64,000 nucleotides of DNA from Balanoglossus misakiensis (taxonomy: Eukaryota; Animalia; Hemichordata). Numbering within the stretch: the stretch's first letter is position 1; the number at the start of each line of letters is the position of its first letter. The notes under the pieces are model-generated. The model did not search any database and was not told the origin of the DNA. It saw nothing but the letters and a program-made list of their open reading frames with translations. The stretch covers positions 13,194,242 through 13,258,241 of the forward strand of contig CM082580.2 in the NCBI GenBank assembly GCA_040954595.2. Direction: 5' to 3'. The position numbers were made by a program, and so were the translations under genes. Shown piece after piece: positions 53,501 to 64,000 of the stretch.

Positions 53501-56500
53501 GCACAGAGTGTTACTTAGAATGCAAACTACCATCTCCCAAATTACAGCTGCTGTCTTCATCACATGCACACAAAGCAGGTGACATCACACCTTGTGGAGG
53601 ACAGCTCCATTTACAGAATTAAATTTGAAGTACTTGTTCTCACTTATCCACGGCTAAATGTCCGTGATCTGTCACACCTGATTGACGATCGAGAAGTAGT
53701 CGAGCAAATCTTTGCCGTCGGACGTTTTGCACTCAGACAGGGCCCTAAATAAGATTGGAAGTCTCGCAAACCACTTTCTCCAATGTTTTTCACATAATTT
53801 TTTTTTTTATTTCTCATACATGTAGATTGACAAAGTGGTGACACAGCTTAAAAAGAGACCCAAACTGCTATATCTGGTAAGATTGCATTTTCATGATTCA
53901 TGCATGCAAAGTGGAGTAGGACCATAATGGAGATTGGCAAAGCAGACTACGACTTGTTTTATCAGACATCTTAAGTTAAATTCAATGCTTTGATAATCAT
54001 CTTAACGATCTCGAAAGAATTGTAAATGGGCAAAACTTGTTATGATGTTCAATTAAGACACATCTGCTTGTCATCGAAGTGTAAAGTGTCAACATTAAGT
54101 AGCTTTTTAATCTGACCTCAGAATGGAGGTCGCGGAACAGAGCCAGTGGATGAAATGTTAATGACCATTAACTAGAGGGTACCCTCACCTTGTCTGCTGT
54201 GTCAACTTTAGTTCAAGATATTCGCATGGAGGGATATTCGGAATTTTCTGTTTTCTCAATTTCCTTCTTTCCATATTTATGTTGTGAACAGTGCCAGAAG
54301 CTTTCCAATAAATGAGACTTTGCGGTGAAGTAGTCTTGTCAAACCATGGCTCATCATCATTCCTTGCATTTGAAGAAGATGAACAATGATTGGGTGCATC
54401 TGCTAATAACATGCTTACCCATTAACCCATCAAGTCTGGCGGTCTCTTTTCTATCGTTTCATAATTCTCAAGACATTGTATACTCAAACTGTTTTTGATA
54501 AAAGATGCATTTTTTATCTACAGTACTTTATAGTGAATGCTTTACTGTTTCTTTGACGCCCACGACATTAGAACTATGGGAAACGTGATGATACAGTTTT
54601 CCCAAAGGGGATTTCTGGCCAGAAGCAAGATATTATAGCTGAATATGTTTGTTAAGAATATTATATTGTGTAGCAGCTGAGATGACCTTTAGCAAGAAAT
54701 GTTACAAGGAAATACTTTCAGAGAAATTTGCCCTGTTATGAACACTTTGTTCACTTTCAAAATGCAATTTAAACCCGAATAATCTGGTCATGGTCATAAA
54801 CTTTAAGACGAAGGGTTCCACAAACAGGTCAGAAAACAATGTACATTGAAATTCAGGTGATGTTTGAACCCAAAACTCTCACAATCTATATACATCTTTA
54901 ATAGTTGCATACCATATAAATAATTTAAATGAATGACAGTGAGACATTGAACAGTGCAACATCAGTATGTCAAATTAAAGTGCTCTGCCCTCTGTGCCTT
55001 GATATTTGAACACCTTTGTTTTCCCTCTCCCAGTATTTGGATACAGTTTTCCTGAAGGATCCTCATGTGGGGAAGGATTTCCATGCTCTACAAGTCGAAC
55101 TTTATGCAGAATTTGAGAGACCAAGACTCAAGCCATTCTTAAGGAACAGCAACTATTATCCTTTGCAGAAAGCTTTAGAAGTATGTGAACAGAGACACTT
55201 CATACCAGAGATGGTATTTCTTTTAGGTAAGTAAAAATGCAAGTTTATGGTTTCCACACCCCTTTTGCTAATCTATTTGGCCAAATACAATCAGATGGAT
55301 CCATGAAATCAAATATTTCTGTGTAATAATAGTAAAGTTAGTATTTTGCATCATATGATGAGACTTTTCTCAACACCTATTTATGTATCTCTGTCTATGG
55401 TTTCAGGTCGTATGGGTAACACCAAACAGGCCCTACAGTTGATCACAGAGGAACTGGATGATGTAGAGCAAGCCATTGAATTTGCCAAGGAACATGATGA
55501 TGAGGAGCTATGGGAAGATCTTATTTCATATTCTATGGACAAACCAAGTAAGCTTTCTGAAGCCATTATGGGCTCAGTTGAGAAACGCATCGAGTCACTG
55601 AGCCAGATGTGTCATGAAAAAGAATGTATCTGCCCTACAGGCTACAATACTCTTTGAAGTCCTGAAATTTTAAACCAAAAAGGCTCTAAGGAAAATAGAA
55701 ATGTTATCCTCCAAAGTAATCATAATTATTTGTTTTTTTGTCAACCATTACAGAGTTTATAACTGGTTTGCTTCAAAGCATTGGAACTCACGTAGATCCA
55801 ATTCTCTTGATCAGGGTAAGTTGGAATTCTGCCTCCTTTATTCCTCTTTCTTTTTCTGTAAAAAGTTAAACTATCCTGTTTTTGACGTTTCATTGTTGAT
55901 TGCTCATATTTTTGTCTTTCATTTGGACATTTTCACAGCGGATTCGCGAGAGGATGGAGATTCCTGGACTGAGAGACTCTTTGGTCAAAATTTTACAAGA
56001 TTATAATTTACAGGTATGGAAAATGGAAGCATCAATTGCCAGCTAAGTTTAGCCTACATGTTTTGCCCCTAAATATTTATACTACTTCGCAAACCTTTAA
56101 AAGTTATGCACACATTCAAGAGAATTTATTTTATTTTTTGTGCCATGATTTGTCTTGATTTGTTATCTTTCATTTTATTTTGCATAGATATCACTGCGGG
56201 AAGGCTGCAAGAAAATCTTGGTTTCAGATTGTTTCTCATTGATGGAAAAATTGAACAAGATTCAAAAACGAGGAATCAGAGTGGATGGTAAGAAAAGAGT
56301 TCAATTTAAACCTTGGAGAAAAAAGCTGATGTCCCTGTGCAGAAGAAGGTTGCATGAGTGACAAGTAAAGGTTCCACCTTTCAGATATGAAATCCCCTTG
56401 CATATAAAATATTGGCTCAAGAAAACTGATAATTTGTTTACACAAATTTCTTTCAGATGAACAGACTTGTCCCGCTTGTCACGGCTCACTGACAGAAGAT

Positions 56501-56979
56501 GGTAAGTTAGTTTGACTTGGAAATGCAATGGTGATTCCTAGTATGCTCATAGAGGGCAGTCTTTGAAATTAGGTTGAGTGATAAAAATATAACACATATG
56601 GCCATTCCACCAGAGATATAAATAAATGTGTCTACAGCTAATCCATTCTGATTTCTTGCAGATGCACGCAGAGCTGCAAATATTGTCGTGTTCTTCTGTC
56701 GACACACTTTCCATGAAGACTGTCTGCCAGCTCACAATATGGTAAGACTCTGTCACACGATCGAAGATATCAATACAAACTGATAAGGCCTGTTTTACCC
56801 CATCTTATCCTGCCATATCTATTTCCAAGCTAACAGTTCCCCACATTTCTTTAGAAATGACAAAGGCTGTGTCAAAAGCCTATTTTCAACATATCTATAC
56901 AATTGATTTCTTGCAGGAGACTTGCAATATCTGCCACGCCCAGAGGAAACGTCGTGGGGTGTCAATATTCAAGAAGTAA
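38544..56979 (+). CDS. VPS41: Vacuolar protein sorting 41 (HOPS subunit: WD40, clathrin heavy-chain repeat, RING-H2), 861 aa, 24 coding exons
   Basis: Exons 38544-38573, 39792-39950, 40927-41010, 41772-41846, 43861-43926, 44252-44320, 45988-46107, 47511-47660, 48889-48955, 49073-49170, 49927-50175, 50285-50403, 51077-51251, 52864-53039, 53225-53363, 53826-53876, 55034-55226, 55407-55547, 55754-55815, 55939-56013, 56188-56287, 56457-56501, 56662-56741, 56917-56979 (2586 nt, phase-consistent). Hallmarks: EPKLKYERIGN, FLAIGTHWG, FYIVSPKDVVVAK, AIEFAKEHDDEELWEDLI, IGTHVDPILLI, and RING CPAC..CRHTFHEDC..CNIC. Confidence 0.96.
39340..39460. repeat. (TTCA)n microsatellite in VPS41 intron 1
   Basis: Long attcattcatt... 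array grading into (CTCA)n. Confidence 0.9.
41740..41766. repeat. (TTTG)n repeat acting as the polypyrimidine tract of VPS41 exon 4
   Basis: tttgtttgtttgtttgtttgtttgtttatcag|CAT. Confidence 0.8.
49171..49926 (+). other. GC-AG intron (VPS41 intron 10)
   Basis: Donor GAG|GCAAGT. The phase-0 join to the acceptor ATCCAG|GATGAG restores the VPS41 frame, whereas read-through hits TAA within 9 codons. Confidence 0.8.
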
Positions 56980-57119
56980 GCAACGCATTCTCCCAAGATA
57001 CTAAGAACAACGCCAAAACAACCAGCAAGACACTTCCACGTTGCTTCATGAGGATTTTGAAATCAGATTTACAGTTGTAAATTTACTTTTGAACAAAAAG
57101 AACCTTATTTCTTTAAGTC

Positions 57120-57125
57120 AATAAA
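57120..57125 (+). terminator. Candidate VPS41 polyadenylation signal (second AATAAA at 57451-57456)
   Basis: AATAAA about 140 nt after the stop, followed by T/GT-rich sequence. Confidence 0.5.
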
Positions 57126-58493
57126 GTCAAAGATTCATGAATTTAAATATTTTGTTGGTGCTCTACTTGTTTGTTTGTTTTTTGCATCATATTGTTGCTC
57201 AAATTTACTGATAAACCGAAGTTGTCAAACAGCGGATTCGGGATCCGTCAACTTGTAATTCAAGTGGAAGGAATATCTGTGATGCATAGTTTGTATGCCA
57301 TCAAAGTTGAGCTGTGTATTTACTTGAAAAAATTAAAGATGACCCCAAATTACCATTATTTACATATACAAAATTAGGTACATATTGACAGAAAAATTCA
57401 TGCTCAAATGTACTTTCAATTTTTTGTTATTGCAAAAGCTTTCTTGGTTAAATAAAGTACTATCCTTTATGGTATCACCATTTGTAGCAGAGTTTTCTTT
57501 TCTTCCCTAACCATTAACATTTTTGACTCTGTGCTATTGAATCTGTCTGCTGAGATATTGCACTGGTTCAGTGTGTGCAGTGGCAACTTCCAGATATGCT
57601 GGTACATGTAGCACTGCACCAGTGTACTGAGTATTCACATGTTGCACTGCACATGGCATATTAACATTCACTCAACAAACAAATTAGTCATTGTTCATTT
57701 TGAAAGAAATTCTGTCTCCCAAGAAGAACTGCATCCAGGTGCGCATACTTGGTTGATCGGCCATCTTACTCTGTAATCTCTGTGCTAGGCTCGACCTTTG
57801 GTTTGAAGTACCTCGCTGACGTACAATGAATCCAATCAGAAATTCCTCATCAATATAACTTTAAATTCACATGTTTTGAGAAAAAATGACTGAGAACTTA
57901 CTTAAGCAGAGGATGTGTGGAATAGGAGCTGCAAGCCAGGAGAAAGGCACCCTTGAGAATCGATCTTTGTCGCTACTTTCAGGCATGGTGTTTGCTCGTC
58001 AAAGACTGAGTTTCGAATGATGGAAGTGGCCCCACACTGACCACCTGGCAAAAGAACTGGCTGACAACTATCCAATCAAAATGTGCCATTCACGAGGTGC
58101 ATTTTTTGGAGCTTGTGATTGGTTGATGTGATTGAGTTGTTTAGCATACTAAGATCACAGATGGCGGGTTGTAAGCCGGATATAGTAGAGTGGAGTGCAA
58201 TCGTTCAGATATTGAACTCCTCTTCTATTATTTAAGATGCAAGTGAATGTTTAATGATTAAAAAATGCAATCCAATAGGACACACAGTTCTGATAGGGAT
58301 TTTTATGACAATAGTTTTATTTTTTTTGAGCAACAGCAAGAACCACATAGCACTGCTACTACACTTTCAACTGTAGATAATTTGTGCAGTTAATCCTGCT
58401 GGAACCTTGAAATAATTTCAAGTCCATCTCATTGCTGCTGTCTTGGACAGAGCAGAAAGTGATAAAGCATTGTGTATCTGAAGATTATTCGGT

Positions 58494-58499
58494 TTTATT
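58494..58499 (-). terminator. Candidate CAPN7 polyadenylation signal (second at 58316-58321)
   Basis: TTTATT on the plus strand (AATAAA on minus), about 1.27 kb past the CAPN7 stop. Confidence 0.4.
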
Positions 58500-59763
58500 T
58501 ACAATATATATGTGCCATAGAATTTTAAATTCAATCATACAAATGTAAAATGTTGAAATGTGTGGAGTATTTCAGATATTGATTTTGTGTGAAGGAACAT
58601 CATCCCGACGATCAGGTAAATGTGAAGGAATTATTTTTTTAAAGATGTCTCTGTTGGCTTAGAAAAACAATTCTAGTCGTAACGAAAGACATGATTTTGG
58701 TCTAAAAATATTCACAGACTGGATCAATTCCTCTTGGAAGTATGCTAATCTAGCAAAGTGTTTTCTCATTCTTCAAGTTCACTGGTACTTTATGTCGCCG
58801 CCAGAAAGTGGTAGACAGTTTCCATAGTGATGAGAATTCAGACTGCACTACACCAGTCTAGTAGTGGTAGAGCTGATTAAGACAACCCCTCTCATAATCA
58901 GCACTTATTTAGCACCCAAACCCTCTGCAATGTAAATACTCCTTTCAGTTTTCACTCACTCACATTTCTACTCCTACATCACTCATACATGCACATGACC
59001 ATGCAAGGGTCTCTGTGATTGGTGTATTCATATCAATGTATCTCTAAGTCCGCTTACGAATATTTACAACTGTTTACTACATTATTTATACCGCCCATCT
59101 CCCAATGTACCACACTTACAACTGTATTTGGCTTATCAGTTTCACAAATGAATGCAAATGTAACTCAAAACTAAATGCTATGGATGCCAGTAAAAAAGTT
59201 ACTTCTATATATGGTGTTGAATTTACCATATAATACCAAAATATTGAGTTTTCAAAAACACTTGCTCATGTCCTATGCTGATATCTGTAATAGGGACAAA
59301 TAAGTCTAACTATGGCTAACATTTTCCTAGTTTCTGTGTATATGGTGATTGGTGTCCAACCAGGTGTTGCAAACGTGTATGCAAATGCTGAAATGCTATA
59401 TACAATGTATGAGCATGGTGTATTCCCACAATTCCCTTCATACTATTGATTTTGATGTATAAAATGAAAATGTCTACCTCTAAAGCAGAAATACACACTG
59501 TATGTACAAAGTCCTATCAATATCTTACACTTTCATCTCATAACAAATGTTTGGTGTCTTCAATTTTCACATGATCCTTCTAATCTTTGTCAGCAGTGAC
59601 TTGGGGTCTTGAGTTGAAAGCCTCTTGGAAATCAACATTGTCTCTTATTGTATGATGTATATAGTTCCGTGATCACCACACCCCAGCACAAAGAACTGCA
59701 AATTACTATCAGCTGCACGACAAGTATTGCTCAAATTCAACGATGAAACGGTAACACTGAAGG

Positions 59764-62700
59764 TTACCGCAACTTGGCAAGTTTGATTGGACACGACGCG
59801 GACACTGTCAGAAAGAATGGACTTTCCTGACCCGGTCTGAATGTGCAGGGTGTGATGTTGTATGTTCCGCCAGGGACGTCCTCCATTTGCAAAACGGAAA
59901 AACCAGATCTGTGAATGAAACAAGGCTTGTCTATTCAAACTCACATCAACACTTTAGCTCTGAATACTATGCCTGTCTGTCTGTCTGTCCCCCAGTCTTA
60001 CTGACAGTGGAAAGAAATGATGCCCCATTCCAATGACAATCCCATCCAATAAACAAAACAAGTACACATAAACAGATAAACAAACAAACAAACCTGAAAT
60101 CTCCTGAGAATTGTTTTTTGAACTCTGTGCCTTTACCAGTCGTGGTGACACACTGCACCTCAAAACCCACACTGAAATTTCTGTTGAGGTGGAAAATAAA
60201 AAACATTAACACTTTTCTGAATGGGAGGTCTGCAATTCTGTGGGAGGTATCACATGTGGCTGTGTGGGAGAGGTCTGTATACTGAGTATGTCTACTCACT
60301 TGGGTCCCTTGAGATCAACCATCAGGTAATTACCAATGCTATTATTCTCCAAGGTAACTTGATACATGGGATTATTCCTGTAGGTCTCTGGATAATTGCC
60401 ACATCCACCTGCTGTAATACCCTTCCAGTGACCTGTCACCTGCAACACAAAACAGAATGACAACCTCGAGTCCCACAGTCCCTCAACACACAGATTAAAG
60501 ACTAGGGTGGCCGCAAGACCACAGATACCTCTTCTATACAAGAGTGTGCACTCACCTCTTTTTCATGGGTGTACGGTTCAGGTACCTTGGTCAGTTTGAA
60601 TTCACAGCTGGAATAAATCTGTAAGAGTTGGATTTACAATAACAGGGATATTTATCTGATGACACACCTGGGAGAAAATTGAGTCAATTTCCGCAAACTG
60701 CATCTGTACATTTCATGGGCATACAATCTTTGCATCTTCAAATCATGATTGCGTACAAGTTATTTAGTGGCGAGAAACATAGGCTTGTTTGCAGAGACAC
60801 AGGTAAGGCACTTACCCGTAGTGTATAATGTATAGTGCTGTTCTTTTCATACTGTGACACGACCAATGTGTAGTTTGATGTTCCCTTCTCTTTGACTAAC
60901 ATCTTACACAGATAGTGAGGGCTGTTGATCCGTGTGCCATCAATGTACGGTGGAGGGTCATCTGTGTGAGACAACCAACAAAAATACCAGTGAAGTAAAT
61001 CTTTGCAATTAACTGCAATTAAGGTAGTACATACACATGTATGTGCCTTGGGACATACATGTACAGATGAACTGGTTGGAGGAAACTTGTACAGTTGAGT
61101 TGTTTTATAACATCAAAGTCTAATTAAATACATAAACTTCACTTACTGGGATAGAACACCTTCTTTCCTCCAGTTTTGTACACAAGCAAAGTGATGTACT
61201 CTTTATTGTCAGCAAAATCATCCTGGAAGATAAGAAAAAAAATATCACCAAAATTGAACAATTTCACAGACTACAGTCTGCCATGGATGCAGCCAATAAA
61301 TGAGAATGTATAAAGACACCACTCTCAAAGTCTACCCAAGTAAGTGATAATTGTTTACCTTGTCTGTGATGTGTCTTGTGAGCAATGCCCACACAGCTCC
61401 AGGTCCCTTCACTTCAAGTTTGTATTGTGGGTTATCTCCTATGTTGTAGTTGTCCTTCTTCGGACCTTCTTTGGCACGCCATGTACTGAGAACACCAGAA
61501 AATGTGTGCATTTATTAAAAGGAATTCATTACATTAGATGCATTATTAACTACAGCCACAAAATGGGGTCACTGTGATTACCAAAATCAGGCTTTTAAAG
61601 ATGTATGGTTCATCACATGTAAGAGCCCTCTCCAATACCAAAGTAGATAACCAGAAGACAAAAACTGATGTACTCACTAGTGGGTAACAAAAGTATACTT
61701 GAACAACGCTGGGTCCCAGTTCATGTATATCACATCAAAGTATTTGCACAGAGATTCATAGTCAATCCAAAACACACCTGCAGAACACAAAGTCAATGCA
61801 ATGTAACCACAGACGGCAGCAAGAGACTAATGTCTATGCTGGAAGGTTATTCACAAAATACTGCCATGTAAGCATTTAGTTCTTCATAAGCTAACAATAT
61901 ATTGAAGGAATGGATGGAAATACAATAACTACCATTATCATATTGTGAAGCCATCTCTGCATCAAAGTTCAAGGCTTTCTTCAGTTGTGGTGTCCAGTTG
62001 GCAGTGTCAAGCTCCGAGAAGTTGCCCCTCCATCTCAAATGATTCCATGGATTTTTCAGTTGGAAAAGTCTATTCCCCTGCAGAAAAGTGGAAAAACATG
62101 TTGTTTTTATCATCAACGCATGTACCCATACTGAATGGAAGCTAAAAACATGTGCAGTTCATCCTGACAACAAAGCAGAGCACACAACAAAATACTAACA
62201 TCGATTTCTCGGATATCCAACATAGCATAGGCATGGGTGGGCACCAGTCCAGCACGCTCAGCCTCCAACTCAGACAGCAATCCCGTCGCCATGGTCACCA
62301 GTACATCTCCTTTGTGAAACTTGTTGAGTATTTTGTTGAAGACTTGGTCTCTGTTGAACTCTTGTGGATCCACTTTGATGGCCACTCTCTCGGGAATCCA
62401 GCCAGTCAGTGCATGCAAGTCAATATTCTGCAGAAGAAGAAATTTAGTTTGTTTTTATTTGAAAACTCTCATCACATTTTTAAATTAAGCAATGACAATT
62501 TATATTTCCTGATATTGAGAAAACATTAACTTACAGAATTGGATCCAGGGAAGTCGTATCCTCCCATGACTTTCATGTAGGCCTTTTCAAGCAGGGATAC
62601 CCATAATTCATTTTGGTTGTTGGAGAAAGAGCAGAGGAGCTGACCATACTTGTCGACTGGTAAATAATCATCAATAATCACCTGAAAATAATGAAAATTT

Positions 62701-64000
62701 TGTACATCTAAATTTCATCAAAAGTGGAAAGTTGAAACTGATTCATGTGGCTCTTCATAGCTTTGAAATCAGTCCAGATTTTCAGACCCGGTAACAGATG
62801 ATACATGTATTTCTCAGAACCTGTCACAGACATGTCCTGAAATCTGCCTGGGGTTTTCTAGCTGTCTATCAAGTTCATGACAAAAGAATGACTAACTTTT
62901 CTCTTGATGCCATTGAGATGCAGGATAACCATGTATTTTCCAATTGGGTTGTACACTGGATTACCTTGTTTGTTTTGTGGATATATAACCCTGAAGAAGA
63001 AAAAATACCTCTTAAAAAATCGATCAAACAAGGATCTTGATTTGCAGAAGGGGTGAAACTGTAATTAAAGGATGTACCACATTCTATGGATTTATTTCTT
63101 ACTTACCTTGTAATAATTTGCTTTCTGAATTTTCTTTCATAAGCTGCACTGATGGCTAACGATGCCACAAATGAACAGTCTGACACCACAGTCTGAAATT
63201 TACAACAGAACCATAATTTAGCTTCTGAAGTACATATGTATGACTAAAGCTGATCTGTCATTCATATTTGTTCACTGACCCTAGAGGAGAGAAATAACCA
63301 ACCTGTTTGATGCTTAAACTGGATATAGCTAAGATCATCTGTGGGTCACTGCAAATCTCATCAGGTCTCACCCATTTGCCAAATTTTTCTCTTTGTTTTG
63401 GTGAAAGCTTAAGTTTTCCATGTGGGTCACTGAAAAACAGGAGAAGATTGTTATGGCTCTAAACATGCAATAAATCACAACAAAATGCTGCCACATTGGG
63501 GACAAATACACTAGACTACACTTTTGTTTCTGGGGACAAACCTACCTGAATGGTATTTTGTACGCAAATTTTTCCTTCAAATCTGCCTGTGATATGAATG
63601 GTACATATTCCCTCAGATTTATCAGCGAAGTGCTCCTGTTATCAAAAGGAAAAAAAAAACAGAATCAGTCTGAGCCCCACCTCAAAAGTCAACAGTTTCC
63701 ATATGCCTATGGCATACGGTGTGACAGACAGGCAGGCAGTCAGAGAAAGACATAGAGGTGTACTTACTTCAATACTGCTATTTCTTCTGCTGTATATCTG
63801 CCACCTCCACCCCCAATACTACCTCCTCCTCCCCCTCCAACACCCCCTCCCCCTCTGCCACCTCTCGCAGGTGACACAGCCCTTGCTGACCCATGATTCT
63901 CTTTCCTGGGAGGTTTTGGACTCAGTCTCTGCCGGCTGTTGGATCTTCCTGCTGAAAGTCGGCTGTCGTCATCATCATCGTCTTCAAGGGGAGGCAAACT
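59764..64000 (-). CDS. CAPN7: Calpain-7 (PalB homologue), 3' portion; MIT-domain 5' exons lie beyond the window
   Basis: Exons (>64000)-63768, 63635-63546, 63429-63303, 63192-63107, 62990-62897, 62681-62535, 62427-62200, 62077-61933, 61777-61678, 61485-61359, 61222-61147, 60961-60816, 60618-60556, 60439-60300, 60180-60094, 59908-59764 (TAA). Catalytic Cys in [10 protein letters not shown], His in LVPTHAYA, Asn in LKNPW. Also [24 protein letters not shown] and [15 protein letters not shown]. Confidence 0.96.

Noticed and set aside
53645-54152. Weak inverted similarity flanking the symmetrical 51-nt VPS41 exon 16 (skipping or circRNA idea)
   Set aside because: Only about 25 bp with gaps and mismatches, not distinguishable from chance by eye.
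56648-56916. Identical TGATTTCTTGCAG acceptors before the last two VPS41 exons
   Set aside because: The 13-mer is largely splice consensus, and the similarity does not extend further.
1-64000. CRISPR arrays, tRNA, rRNA, snoRNA, intact transposases or retroelement ORFs, and the many 60-120 aa ORFs in the track
   Set aside because: No regularly spaced repeats or convincing RNA-gene signatures were visible (tRNAscan-SE and Infernal would be decisive). Short ORFs are either exon fragments used above or noise.

Overview
This is intron-rich eukaryotic (animal) genomic DNA. Gene content, intron style and mosaic CpG depletion suggest an invertebrate deuterostome such as a hemichordate or echinoderm (inference). 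I assembled five protein-coding genes by hand, checking splice sites and phase. (1) A 6-exon Ser-Asp-His alpha/beta-hydrolase, DUF1057-like (minus, 11799-14126, 323 aa). (2) A 2-exon secreted long pentraxin whose N-terminus has an angiopoietin/myocilin-type Cys motif plus coiled coil (minus, 15419-16966, 371 aa). (3) A class VI POU homeobox gene with polyQ (minus, CDS 20419-29495, 657 aa, candidate 5'UTR exons to about 38.2 kb). (4) VPS41, head-to-head with POU6 (plus, 38544-56979, 24 coding exons, 861 aa, one GC-AG intron). (5) The 3' 16 exons of calpain-7 (minus, 59764 to the window end). The first ~11.5 kb has no recognisable CDS and may hold 5' exons of an off-window gene. The strongest leads are the POU6-VPS41 divergent pair (same arrangement as human POU6F2-VPS41) with POU and RFX motif clusters, the domain-shuffled pentraxin, and the hydrolase with a dehalogenase/luciferase-like N-terminus but a Ser nucleophile. 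No CRISPR, rRNA, tRNA or intact transposase was recognised. Family assignments rely on remembered sequences, not database searches.
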